The notes beneath the pieces are model-generated. The model worked only from the letters and a program-made list of their open reading frames with translations, was not told where the DNA came from and did not search any database. The position numbers and the translations under genes were made by a program. From Vicinamibacteria bacterium (lineage in GTDB: Bacteria > Acidobacteriota > Vicinamibacteria > Marinacidobacterales > Marinacidobacteraceae), in contig OZ219816.1 in the NCBI GenBank assembly GCA_964291235.2, positions 1,536,001 through 1,600,000 on the forward strand: DNA of 64,000 nucleotides, given 5' to 3'. Shown piece by piece: positions 10,367 to 19,974 of the stretch; position 1 is the stretch's first letter, and each line of letters starts with the position of its first letter.

Positions 10367-11995
10367 ATGTCCAAAAAACTCCGCGTCTCCGGACGCCTCA
10401 TTCTGGCCGTCGCCGCCCTCGCCCTGATCGCGGCGCCCGCATTTGCCGAGGAGGAGTCCGACCTCGGCACCGTGCACTTCCCGAACTCCGGTTCGGAAGC
10501 CGCGCAGGCCGCCTTCCAGCGGGGTGTCGCCGCGCTGCACAGCTTCTGGTACGAGGAAGCTGGGGAAGCGTTCAAGAACGCGCAGGAGATCGATCCTGAC
10601 TTTGCCCTCGCCTACTGGGGCGAGGCGATCAGCCACAACCACCCGCTGTGGTCCGAGCAGGACATCAGCGCCGCCCGCGACGTGCTGAAGCGCTTCGGCG
10701 CGACCCGCGCCGAGCGCCGGGCCAAGACCCCGACCGAGCGCGAGCGGCTCTACCTCGACACCGTGGAAGTCCTCTACGGCCCCGGTGACAAGTACGAGCG
10801 GGACGAGCTCTACCACCAGGCGATGCGTCGCCTCGCGGAAGCCCATCCGGAAGACAACGAAGCCAAGGCGTTTTACGCCCTGTCCTACCTCGGCCTCGTC
10901 CGCCGCGGCGAGCCGGGCTTCCACCGCCAGATGAAGGCCGGAGCCATCGTTAGCGACCTCTTCCAGCGCGAGCCCAACCATCCGGGCGCCGCCCACTACG
11001 TGATCCACTCCTTCGACGATCCGGAGCACGCTCCGCTCGCCCTCGAGGCCGCGAACCGCTACGCCGAGATCGCCCCCGAGGCGCACCACGCGCAGCACAT
11101 GCCCTCCCACATCTTCGTGCAGCACGGCATGTGGAACCGGGTTTCCAAGTCGAACGAGGTGGCCTACAACGCCTCCGCCAAGTGGGTCGAGGCGAAGAAC
11201 CTCTCGATCACCAAGCGCGACTACCACAGCCTCGAGTGGAAGGCTTACTCGGACCTCCAGCGCGGCGCGTACGGCGCAGTCCTGAACGGGATCGCCATCG
11301 TGGATGACGCCGTCGCCGAGACCGACGACAATCGGCTGCGGCGAATCTCCGCCTCCATGGTGGCCCGCCACGCGATCGAGACCGGCCGCTACGACGCCAT
11401 CTCCCTCCCGAAGGGAGACGTGGACACGAGTCGCTACAACTCGACCGCCAACCTGCTGCTCGCAGCGGGCATGAAGGCGTTCGCCGGGCAGGACGCCGCT
11501 GGCGCCAACGAAGCGGCCAAGCAGCTTCGGGCGCTCGCCGACAAGCGCGCCGAGGCGGGTGAGACCTATCAGGCCGACTCCGTCCGCATCATGCAGCACG
11601 AGGTCGAGGCGCTCGCCGCTCAGCTTGAAGGTGACACCGAAGGCGCTCTGAAGCACGCTGCGATGGCGACCGACATCGAGGAGACCCAGGATCCGCCGTC
11701 CGGCCCGACCTATCCGATGAAGCCGTCCCACGAGCTGCGCGGCGAACTGCTACTTGCCGCCGGCAAGGCGGAAAAAGCGCGCGCCCAGTTCGAAATGAGC
11801 CTGACCCGGACTCCGAACCGGACGGCCTCGCTGCTCGGCTTGGCCCGCGCCGCTACCGCCCTCGGTGACGAGGACGCGGCGAACCGCGCCTACGCGACCC
11901 TCCAGACCTTCCTGACCGAAGCCGACAGCGACGTCGCCTTCCTCGACGAGGTTCGGAGCCACGCGATGGCGACCACGGATATGCAGCAGCAGTAA
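10367..11995 (+). CDS. Exported TPR-like helical repeat protein with conserved His motifs
   Basis: GGAGG RBS, signal peptide, LHSFWY, HPGAAHYVIH, HAQHMPSHIF. Confidence 0.75.
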   Translation: MSKKLRVSGRLILAVAALALIAAPAFAEEESDLGTVHFPNSGSEAAQAAFQRGVAALHSFWYEEAGEAFKNAQEIDPDFALAYWGEAISHNHPLWSEQDISAARDVLKRFGATRAERRAKTPTERERLYLDTVEVLYGPGDKYERDELYHQAMRRLAEAHPEDNEAKAFYALSYLGLVRRGEPGFHRQMKAGAIVSDLFQREPNHPGAAHYVIHSFDDPEHAPLALEAANRYAEIAPEAHHAQHMPSHIFVQHGMWNRVSKSNEVAYNASAKWVEAKNLSITKRDYHSLEWKAYSDLQRGAYGAVLNGIAIVDDAVAETDDNRLRRISASMVARHAIETGRYDAISLPKGDVDTSRYNSTANLLLAAGMKAFAGQDAAGANEAAKQLRALADKRAEAGETYQADSVRIMQHEVEALAAQLEGDTEGALKHAAMATDIEETQDPPSGPTYPMKPSHELRGELLLAAGKAEKARAQFEMSLTRTPNRTASLLGLARAATALGDEDAANRAYATLQTFLTEADSDVAFLDEVRSHAMATTDMQQQ

Positions 11996-12015
11996 CTCCC
12001 GGCAACTTCACCCCA

Positions 12016-12046
12016 CGGGGGCGGCGCATCCGCGCCGCCCCCGTTC
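12016..12046 (+). terminator. Probable intrinsic terminator hairpin
   Basis: cgggggcggcgc-atcc-gcgccgcccccg, a 12-bp stem 20 nt after the stop, with only a weak U tail. Confidence 0.55.
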
Positions 12047-12157
12047 CGTGTACGGCCTCCCGGCGCGCCATTGGCGCCCGAAGGAAGCTCGATCAGATCA
12101 GCCGCCACCGCCCCTCCCACTGTTTGACGGGGGTCCGAGACGGCCCGCCCCGATCAG

Positions 12158-12214
12158 CTATCCACTCGTCTGGCCACGAAACCGGACAAGGAGGTTCGTA
12201 TCCAGCGCGATCAA
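12158..12214 (-). pseudogene. Relic N-terminus of a PIN/VapC toxin
   Basis: TTG-ATC-GCG-CTG-GAT-ACG-AAC-CTC-CTT-GTC-CGG-TTT encodes MIALDTNLLVRF, then a stop after 18 codons. The start overlaps an upstream stop (..IAEGASES*). Confidence 0.5.
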
Positions 12215-12345
12215 GATTCGGAGGCTCCCTCAGCGATGCCGACAAGGAACCGGATCAAGTGCGGAGTGCGACCCCCACTTTGGCGTAGCGAAACGTCTTC
12301 CATGCTGGTTTCGCGCTCCCGCGCGGCCCTCGCCGGGAGAACTCG

Positions 12346-12368
12346 GCCGGCCAGAGGCCGGCGGTCCC
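12346..12368 (-). repeat. Single REP-like palindrome
   Basis: Reverse complement GGGACCGCCGGCCTCTGGCCGGC matches the REP core at 22886 and 22974. Confidence 0.65.
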
Positions 12369-12381
12369 TTGCTTCCGGCCC

Positions 12382-13494
12382 TTACGGATCCTCGTCGAGG
12401 CCGGCGGCCGGTGTGCGGACCAGGTCCACAATCGCTCCGGGATGCGAGACGCGGATCGCCGCGCCTTCCGCCAGGAGTACCGGCTCCCGGAAGGCGAACT
12501 TCTCGGACCAATCGGAATCGAAGCGGCGGATCCGCAGCAGCGGAGTCACCGCCCCGTCGCTTCCCACGGCCTCCACCGCGAATCCGTCCGGGCCCGGGTC
12601 GAGTCCTTCGGGGGGCAGCACGGACAGCAGCATGGCCGGGCCCACCGGGGTCACTCCCGGCTCGACGGCAAGCATCTCGACGGTGCGGTCGCGATCCGGC
12701 AGCGGCGGAAAGACGACGACTTCGGGCTCGTCGTCGAACGCCAGCCCCTCGGTGTCGAAGTCCTTGCGGTAGGTCAGTTGGAGGAAGAGCCCGGTGTTCG
12801 CCGGGAGGGGGTCGAAGACTCCCTCCGGCCGCATCCGGGGCCCCTGCCCCACCACCCAGGTGAAGATCGGGGCGCCGCTCGCGCAGTCGGCGCCGGCGAA
12901 GAGAACCGCCCGCCGCAGGATCGAGACAGCCTCGCCTGGTATCAGGGCAAACCCGGCCGCCGCCGCGCCCACTCCTTCACCCCGAACGAGCGGCTGGCAG
13001 ACCGCTGCCTCGGACTCCATCTCGCCGATCGTGATCGGTTCCGAAACCGACAGCCGGGACGCTGGCAACTCGGCATCCGCGGCCGGCATGCCCGGATCCT
13101 CCGCCGGCGCCGGGCCTTCGGGCGCGAGGCCGATGGCCCAGTCCACCAGCAGGTTCGTTTCCCGCTCGTCGAGCGTCCGGGAGTGCGCCAGATCGCCGGT
13201 GCCGTCGTCCGGCAGCCAGGGAGGCATGCGCCGCTCCAGAACCTGGCGGGCGATGGAGTTCGCCCAGGGAAGCGCCTCCAGATAGCGCATCAGGTTGACC
13301 GGCGCGGGACCGGTTCCCGAGTGGCAGGCGGCGCAGTGCTCCGCGATCAGCGGCCGGATGTCGCCCCAATAGGTGTAACGGGAAAGTTCCGGCTCGTGGG
13401 CGTTCGCCTGATCGAACCACCCGGGAGTGGCAACGAGCGTGGCAGCGAGCACCGCGACCAGCCCCGTGAGGATGGCGGCGTGGCGTTTCGTCAT
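12382..13494 (-). CDS. Exported c-type heme protein with a copper-monooxygenase-like fold
   Basis: Signal peptide, single CAACH motif, RMPPW, W..G.apEG, C-terminal I.RFDSDW...F.F.EP..L..G pattern. Confidence 0.65.
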   Translation of the reverse strand: MTKRHAAILTGLVAVLAATLVATPGWFDQANAHEPELSRYTYWGDIRPLIAEHCAACHSGTGPAPVNLMRYLEALPWANSIARQVLERRMPPWLPDDGTGDLAHSRTLDERETNLLVDWAIGLAPEGPAPAEDPGMPAADAELPASRLSVSEPITIGEMESEAAVCQPLVRGEGVGAAAAGFALIPGEAVSILRRAVLFAGADCASGAPIFTWVVGQGPRMRPEGVFDPLPANTGLFLQLTYRKDFDTEGLAFDDEPEVVVFPPLPDRDRTVEMLAVEPGVTPVGPAMLLSVLPPEGLDPGPDGFAVEAVGSDGAVTPLLRIRRFDSDWSEKFAFREPVLLAEGAAIRVSHPGAIVDLVRTPAAGLDEDP

Positions 13495-13508
13495 CACCTG
13501 CTTCTCCC

Positions 13509-14609
13509 TCACTCCGGCGCCGTTGCCGGAAGACCCCGCATCCCCTCGGCAAAGATCTCGTAAGCCTCCCCGACCCGAATCCGGTCGCCCTGATCTCCGT
13601 AGAGGTCGAGCAGCCACGCCCCTCGCACGATCCGCTTGAGCGCCACCCAGGGACGGTCCACCGCCCGCTCACCGTAAGCCAGCGCCAGCTCTTTCGCCTC
13701 CAGCGCCGGAATGAAGAGATCCGCCCACCGGCCCTGGTCGATCAGCCGCTGGACGCGTCGATCACGAGCCCGGATGGCTTCCAGAATCTCCTGCGGCGTG
13801 TCCGGCACGCGCAGTTCGGGCAATTCTGTCGGAGACGCCTCCGCGGCGAGCGCGGCCCGCTCCTCATCGGACAGGAAGATGAAATCGAAGCGATCCTCCT
13901 CGTCGCGCTCGGGGAACCGCACGAAGGCGGTGAAAGCCGCCCGCTCTCCAGCCCTGGCCGCCACAACCGTTCCGAGCGCGTCGCCGGCGGTCGAGAGCGC
14001 CACTGGATCACCGACCGGCGCCCCGCGGTCGTCCGCTGGAACCACCCGCGCCGCAAACGGCTCCGGTTCGATCGGGCGGGTGAAGGAGTCGTAGAAGTAG
14101 AGCCGGAAGGCCCCGCCCTCCAGGGCTCCCTCCAGGTGGTGCACCCCGTTCGGCGCCATGAACAAGACGCCTCCGTGACGCGGATTGTGGTCGCCGTGGG
14201 CGGATACCCGGGTCGTTCGTTGCCGGGGGGCGTCGTCCTCGCAGACCCCGGGCTCGACGAAGACGCGGTCGGGCGCCGCAGGGCAGAACCAGACCACCTC
14301 CCGCGTCGCGGGAACGAGGGGTTCCCCGGTGTCGGGGCAGATTCCGGGCTGCTCCTCCACCACGCCGTCCTCTTCCGCGAGGCACACGTAGCGGGTCACC
14401 AGGGTTCGCCGGACCAGCGCCATCCCGCAGAGCGGACAGCGGCCCTCCTCATGCGCCTGGTGATCCCGATGCATGGGGCAGAGCCAGACGCGGTACGCGT
14501 CTTCGGGGGTGGTGGCGTCCTGGGCGGCCCGCGGGGGGAAAGCAGACGCCGGAGCGGAGAGTGGGAGGGACAGAGCCAAGGCGGCCAGCAGGCCGTTCCG
14601 GATGCTCAT
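13509..14609 (-). CDS. Exported heavy-metal-binding domain protein
   Basis: Signal peptide, WLCPMH..GRCPLCGMAL plus two degenerate copies, HGDHNPRHGG..HHLEG. Confidence 0.75.
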   Translation of the reverse strand: MSIRNGLLAALALSLPLSAPASAFPPRAAQDATTPEDAYRVWLCPMHRDHQAHEEGRCPLCGMALVRRTLVTRYVCLAEEDGVVEEQPGICPDTGEPLVPATREVVWFCPAAPDRVFVEPGVCEDDAPRQRTTRVSAHGDHNPRHGGVLFMAPNGVHHLEGALEGGAFRLYFYDSFTRPIEPEPFAARVVPADDRGAPVGDPVALSTAGDALGTVVAARAGERAAFTAFVRFPERDEEDRFDFIFLSDEERAALAAEASPTELPELRVPDTPQEILEAIRARDRRVQRLIDQGRWADLFIPALEAKELALAYGERAVDRPWVALKRIVRGAWLLDLYGDQGDRIRVGEAYEIFAEGMRGLPATAPE

Positions 14610-14664
14610 GGCCGGAAAATTAGCAGGACCGGGTGGGGACCACCCGCATTCCCAGCAGCGCTTC

Positions 14665-15159
14665 CTACCCGGTGGATTCGTCCCGGCGGGTGAGGTTCAC
14701 GACAATGCCATCGGTAGCGCGCACCAGGTCGGCCGGGGTGATGAGGATCTCCTCGCCCCAGACGCCGGCGCCCACCCCGAGGACCGGCTCTTCCATCAAG
14801 GCCGTGTCGAGGAAAGTCCGCGCGCCGTCCCGCTGCCAGGAAAACGGCGGAATCGAGCCGATCCGGTAGCCAGTGAACTCGATGACCGCCTCCGGGCTCG
14901 CCAGCCGGATGTTGCGGTTGCCCATGGCCTTCTTCAGCTTGCCGGAAATGACGTTCTTGTCGCCGCCCACCGCGATGAGCGCCCGCTCCCCCGTCCCCGA
15001 TTCGAAAATCAGGGTCTTCACCATCTGGCTCTCGCGATAGCCGAGGGCATGAGCCACCGAGGCCGCCCCTTTCGGTGTGGAAGCCGGGAAGGTCTGGCGC
15101 TCCCACGGTATGCCGCGTTCCTCGAGGTGCTCGTGGGAGGGCAGGACTCGATCGCTCAT
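14665..15159 (-). CDS. YbaK/EbsC aminoacyl-tRNA deacylase
   Basis: QMVKTL, TGYRIGSIPPF, GAG motifs. Confidence 0.88.
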   Translation of the reverse strand: MSDRVLPSHEHLEERGIPWERQTFPASTPKGAASVAHALGYRESQMVKTLIFESGTGERALIAVGGDKNVISGKLKKAMGNRNIRLASPEAVIEFTGYRIGSIPPFSWQRDGARTFLDTALMEEPVLGVGAGVWGEEILITPADLVRATDGIVVNLTRRDESTG

Positions 15160-15956
15160 GAAGACCTCCGGGCCATCTGCCCGCCGACCGCCTTACCGAG
15201 CCACCGCACGACGAACCGCGGCAGCAGCCGGGGTACCAGCGGAACCAGGCGGGGCAGGAAACCGGGATTGATCACCACCTTCCCCCGCAGCGCGCCCCGG
15301 TAGCCCGCCGCGGCGACCTTCCCCGGATCGGCGAGCGCCAGGCGGCGAAGCCCCGAGAAGCTCTCGATTCCCGCCGTTCCCAGGAAGGGGGTGTCCACCG
15401 GGCCAGGACAAAGAACGCTGACGGATACCCCCGTCCCGTCAAGCTCACCCGCCAACCCCTCGGTAAGGTGCAGCACGAAAGCCTTGGTGGAGGCGTAAGT
15501 GGTGAAACCGAGGCCCGGAACGTAGCCGGCGCCGGAGCCCACGTTCAGTATCCGTCCGCTGCCGCGTTCCAGCATCGCGGGCAGATAGAGATGACACAGG
15601 TCGGCGAGCGCCGCCAGATTCAGCCCGATCATCGCCCGTTGCACTCGGAGCGGAACTTCGGCAAAGCGCCGGCTCATTCCGAATCCCGCGTTGTTGATGA
15701 GGAAGTCCACCTCCAGACCGCGCTCGCGGGTCACGCCGTGGAGAGCTTCCGCCGCGCCGGGTTCGGCGAGATCCATCGGCAGCGTCACGACACGCACGCC
15801 GTAGGCGGCGCGGACTTCTCCGGCAGCCTGTTCGAGGCGCGCGGCGCTGCGGGCCACCAGGATCAGGTCGCGGCCGTCCGCGGCGCACAGCGATGCCAGT
15901 TCACGACCGATCCCGATCGAACCTCCGGTCACCAGCGCCCACACGGAAGTACTCAT
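15156..15956 (-). CDS. SDR family oxidoreductase
   Basis: TGGSIGIG, NNAG, YASTK, LCPGPV. Confidence 0.92.
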   Translation of the reverse strand: MSTSVWALVTGGSIGIGRELASLCAADGRDLILVARSAARLEQAAGEVRAAYGVRVVTLPMDLAEPGAAEALHGVTRERGLEVDFLINNAGFGMSRRFAEVPLRVQRAMIGLNLAALADLCHLYLPAMLERGSGRILNVGSGAGYVPGLGFTTYASTKAFVLHLTEGLAGELDGTGVSVSVLCPGPVDTPFLGTAGIESFSGLRRLALADPGKVAAAGYRGALRGKVVINPGFLPRLVPLVPRLLPRFVVRWLGKAVGGQMARRSS

Positions 15957-16010
15957 GGCGTAGGCTATTCAGAATACCCCCCCGGGTCTCGGTCCGGGCG
16001 TCGTTTATCC

Positions 16011-18224
16011 ATGGCCCGTAACCACCGTCCCAGCGCGATCATCCCGCGCGAACTCTCGCAGGTCGCCTTCAACGGCCGGGTGCTCCAGGAAGCCCGGGAC
16101 GAAACCGTCCCCCTCGTCGAACGGCTTCGTTTCCTCGGCATCTTCTCGAGCAACCAGGACGAGTACTACCGGGTCCGGGTGGCCGCGCTCCAGCGCATCC
16201 AGAAAATCAGCCCGAGCCGCCGGGGATTCCTCGACTGGGATCCCTCGGTCCTGCTCGCCGACATCCAGCGCCAGATCCTCCGCGACCAGGCCATCTTCCT
16301 GAGGACCTACGACGCACTGCTGTGCGAACTGGAGCAACGCGGCATCCGCATCGTCACGGGGCTCGATCTAAGCCCCGCCCAGGGCGAGTACATCCATGAC
16401 TACTTCGTGCGCAAGGTCCGCCCGCACCTGACCCCGATCATGCTGGAACGGAGCGGGCAAACGCTCAATCTGGACGAGCGCGACATCTACCTCGGCGTTC
16501 GGGTGCTGCGCTCCGGCCAGCGACGGCCGATGTACGCGATCGTGGACATCCCGACCCGGTCCGTCGGGCGTTTTGTCCGGTTGCCTTCAACGGCCGGCCG
16601 GATCGACGTGATCCTTTTGGAGGACGTGATCCGCTATCGGCTGCCGGAGATTTTCTCGATCTTCCAGGTGGAGGCGGCGGAGGGCTACGTCGTCAAGATC
16701 ACCCGGGACTCCGGCCTCGATCTCGAAGGCAGCCCGAAGGACAGCTACCTGCGCCGGGTGGAAAAAAGCGTCCGGCGGCGGCTCACCGCCTCGCTCGTTC
16801 GTTTCGTGTTCGACCAGGACATGCCGAGCGATCTTCTGGATGCGCTCTGCCGTAGCCTCCAGATCGAGGATCGGAGCGTGCTGGTTCCGGGAGGGCGCCA
16901 CCACAACTTCAAGGATTTCATCCGCTTCCCCCGGCTGAAGAGCGGGCTGCGCTACAAACCCTGGCCCACCCTCGGCCTTCCCGCCATCGATCGGGAACGA
17001 TCGATCATGCGCGCGATGCGGCGCCGCGACATTCTGATCCAGACGCCCTACCAGCGCTTCTCCTATCTGATCGACCTTCTCCGGGAGGCGGCGATCGACC
17101 CCAAGGTCAACCGCATCTCGGTGACCATGTACCGGGTCGCCAACAACTCCGGAGTGGTAAACGCCCTCATCAACGCCGCGCGAAACGGGAAGAAGGTCAC
17201 CGCGGTCGTGGAACTCACCGCGCGTTTCGACGAAACCACGAACATCGAGTTCACGGACGTGCTCACCCGCGAGGGCGTCCGGGTCGTCTTCGGCCCCGAG
17301 GACCTCAAGATCCACGCCAAGATGGGATTGATCGAGCGGCGGGAGCGCGGCAACCGCACCCTCTACGGCTTCCTCGGTACCGGCAACCTGAACGAGGACA
17401 CGGGGAACCTCTACGCCGACCACTTCCTCCTGACGACGCACGAAGGGATCTGCCGGGACGTGGCCCGCCTTTTCCGGGTCATTCGCCGGCCGTACGAGGC
17501 TCTGGAAATGGATCACCTGGTCGTTGCTCCGTGGACCCTGCGGACGACGGTGGACCATCTCATCCACCAGGAAATCGCCCGCGCCGGCCGAGGGGAACCG
17601 GCATCCATCGAAGCGAAGCTGAATCACCTGACCCACCCCGAGGTCGTCGCCCTGCTGGAGGAAGCCGCGGAGGCCGGGGTCAGGATCCGGCTCATCGTGC
17701 GGGGAACGTTCTCCATCCCTACCGACAACCTGCCGGCGAACGCGGATTTCAAGGCCATCTCCATCCTGGACCGCTATCTCGAGCACTCCCGCATCCTCGT
17801 CTTCGGGAATGGCGGCGATCCGCTCTACTACTGCACCTCCGCCGACTGGATGCCGCGCAACTTCGACCGCCGTGTCGAGGTTGCCTTCCCCGTTTACGAC
17901 GAGCACATCAAGCAACAGTTGCGCCACTACCTCGACCTGCAGTGGGCCGACAACTGCAAGGCCAGGAAGCACGACTCGGCCGGCCGCAACAAACGGGTTC
18001 CCCGAGGGACGCCGCGGCGAGCCGCCCAGGAATCCACCTACCGGTGGCTTGCGGAGCAGGCGGAACTTGAACGCGCGGAATTCGAAAAGAAGAAAAAAGA
18101 GGCAAAGACAAGAACGCGCTCCACGGCCGGGAAACAACCCGCCGTCGAGAGCGCCCCCGTTCAGTCCGAGGCGTTGCTGACCAGCAGCGCGACCAGCGCC
18201 TCGCCGGCGTCCAGCCGGGCGTAG
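16011..18224 (+). CDS. ppk1: Polyphosphate kinase 1
   Basis: RELS..FN.RVL, LVERLRFLGIFSSNQDEYY, VEL.ARFDE, KIHAK, GTGN, DRYLEHSR, SADWMPRN. Confidence 0.96.
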   Translation: MARNHRPSAIIPRELSQVAFNGRVLQEARDETVPLVERLRFLGIFSSNQDEYYRVRVAALQRIQKISPSRRGFLDWDPSVLLADIQRQILRDQAIFLRTYDALLCELEQRGIRIVTGLDLSPAQGEYIHDYFVRKVRPHLTPIMLERSGQTLNLDERDIYLGVRVLRSGQRRPMYAIVDIPTRSVGRFVRLPSTAGRIDVILLEDVIRYRLPEIFSIFQVEAAEGYVVKITRDSGLDLEGSPKDSYLRRVEKSVRRRLTASLVRFVFDQDMPSDLLDALCRSLQIEDRSVLVPGGRHHNFKDFIRFPRLKSGLRYKPWPTLGLPAIDRERSIMRAMRRRDILIQTPYQRFSYLIDLLREAAIDPKVNRISVTMYRVANNSGVVNALINAARNGKKVTAVVELTARFDETTNIEFTDVLTREGVRVVFGPEDLKIHAKMGLIERRERGNRTLYGFLGTGNLNEDTGNLYADHFLLTTHEGICRDVARLFRVIRRPYEALEMDHLVVAPWTLRTTVDHLIHQEIARAGRGEPASIEAKLNHLTHPEVVALLEEAAEAGVRIRLIVRGTFSIPTDNLPANADFKAISILDRYLEHSRILVFGNGGDPLYYCTSADWMPRNFDRRVEVAFPVYDEHIKQQLRHYLDLQWADNCKARKHDSAGRNKRVPRGTPRRAAQESTYRWLAEQAELERAEFEKKKKEAKTRTRSTAGKQPAVESAPVQSEALLTSSATSASPASSRA

Positions 18225-19198
18225 GCCTCCCCCGCTTTCGCGAGCGGAAGCCGGTGGGTCACGAGTGTCTCGAGGGGGACGCTTCCCAGAAGTTCCCAGG
18301 CAAGATCGCGCCGGCGTCCGATGTTCCAGGACGGCCCCAGCGGCGGCAGATGACTGACCTGACTCGAAACGATGCGAATCCGCCCCCGATGGAACCACCC
18401 ACCCAGATCGAGAGGCGTGGCGCCGCCGGCCAACCAGGAGCCCGCAATCACCCGTCCCTCCCGGGCCGCAGCCTGGATGGCCAGGTCGAGGCCGGACCGG
18501 CTGCCGGACACCTCAAAGACGAGTTCCGCCCCCCCGCGAAAGGCGCTTTGCAACGCGGCGCTCGCGTCTTCCGGACAAACCGCTTCCCGCGCTCCAAATC
18601 TCAGGGACAGCCGGCGCCGCTCCGATCTCGGTTCGACGGCAATCAGCCCCGCGAGCGGATACCGGCTGAGCAGCGCGGTCAGCGCCAGCCCCAGCGCGCC
18701 CTGGCCCACCACCGCCACCCGCTCCCCGATCCGGGGCGCACCATCGAGCAGCAGATTGACCGCGGTCTCCAGGTACGGGAAGAGAGCCGCACGCTCATCG
18801 GACACGCCATCCGGAATCCGGAGCAGGTCCGTCGCAGGAGCGCAAAACACGCTCTGATGGGGCACGAACCCGAAAACCCGGGCGCCGGGAGCCGGCGCAG
18901 CGGGCGGGCAAGCACTTCCCACGGCCTCCACTCGTCCCGCCGAGGCGTAGCCGTAAGGAAACGGAAATTCAAAAGATCCGCCCCGGTGCGCTCCCAGGGT
19001 TTCATCCCGCCGAAGCGCCGGGTCGAGATCGCCGCGATAGGCCGCAAGCTCCGAGCCCGTGCTGATGGCGGAAACCGAAGTCCGCACCCGGACTTCCCCG
19101 GGCGCCGGTTCCGGGGCCGGGTCCCGGCGGACAGCGGCTCGTCGCGGCCCCTCAAACCAGACGGAAAGGCGCTCGGCGTTGGCAGCCGACCCGGACAC
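18161..19198 (-). CDS. Zinc-binding alcohol dehydrogenase family protein
   Basis: AISTGSE, FPYGY, ETAVN, GQGALG, SSQV. Its 3' end overlaps ppk1 convergently. Confidence 0.85.
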   Translation of the reverse strand: MSGSAANAERLSVWFEGPRRAAVRRDPAPEPAPGEVRVRTSVSAISTGSELAAYRGDLDPALRRDETLGAHRGGSFEFPFPYGYASAGRVEAVGSACPPAAPAPGARVFGFVPHQSVFCAPATDLLRIPDGVSDERAALFPYLETAVNLLLDGAPRIGERVAVVGQGALGLALTALLSRYPLAGLIAVEPRSERRRLSLRFGAREAVCPEDASAALQSAFRGGAELVFEVSGSRSGLDLAIQAAAREGRVIAGSWLAGGATPLDLGGWFHRGRIRIVSSQVSHLPPLGPSWNIGRRRDLAWELLGSVPLETLVTHRLPLAKAGEAYARLDAGEALVALLVSNASD

Positions 19199-19203
19199 CG
19201 GAA

Positions 19204-19974
19204 TCAGTTTCCGCGCCCCGCCGGCCGAACCCGCCGGGAAACCCCGAACCGCGGGCGCCCCGCGAACACGAGATCGTCATCGAGACGAGCCCAGGCGAGA
19301 CCCGCCAGATCCACCGGCGCCGGAACCCGGGCAAGCGCCGGCTCGCCGCCCACCAGGCGCGGAGCGACGGTAATCACGACCCAATCCGCGAGGCGGTCGG
19401 CAAACATCGAGGTGAGCACCTGACCGCCGCCTTCCACCAGCAGACGCCGCACCCCGCGCCGATGCAGCGCGCGCATCACGGATCGAAGCGGAACCCGCCC
19501 CTCCGAAGGTCGAAACCGGAGCACCGTGACGCCCTGCTCGCGAAGCTGCCTGGCCCGACCGGTCGCCGCCGCGAAAGTAGTAGCGACGACCGGCGGCGGG
19601 GCCGACGCCCGGCGCTCCCGGAGCAGTCTGGCGGTGAGCGGGAGGCGAAGCCGTCCGTCGAGGATGACCGGGACGGGGCTTTCCCCGGCGGCAAGCCGTA
19701 CGTTGAGTTGCGGATCGTCCGCCAACACCGTGCCGATTCCCACCAGGATCGCGTCGTGGGCGGCCCGCAACCGATGCGTGAGTTCAAGCGAACGGGAGCC
19801 GCTCAGCCGAAGCGGCTCGCCTGGCCGCGCGGCGATCGAGCCGTCAAGACTCTGCGCGTAGCTGACCGTCACCCCAGGCCGCCGCCGTGTTGGCGCCGCC
19901 GGCGAGGTCGCCTGGGCAACCAGTTCTTCAAACCCCACCGCGGGTGCTCCCGTCGGCGCGGCAGGTCGGATCAC
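19204..19974 (-). CDS. RibD C-terminal (pyrimidine reductase/DHFR-like) domain protein
   Basis: AQSLDG, HRLRAAHDAILVGIGTVLADDPQL, LLVEGG. Confidence 0.9.
   Translation of the reverse strand: MIRPAAPTGAPAVGFEELVAQATSPAAPTRRRPGVTVSYAQSLDGSIAARPGEPLRLSGSRSLELTHRLRAAHDAILVGIGTVLADDPQLNVRLAAGESPVPVILDGRLRLPLTARLLRERRASAPPPVVATTFAAATGRARQLREQGVTVLRFRPSEGRVPLRSVMRALHRRGVRRLLVEGGGQVLTSMFADRLADWVVITVAPRLVGGEPALARVPAPVDLAGLAWARLDDDLVFAGRPRFGVSRRVRPAGRGN

Noticed and set aside
15468-16010. Apparent 181-aa N-terminal extension of Ppk1
   Set aside because: Antisense to the SDR gene; Ppk1 similarity begins at the ATG at 16011.
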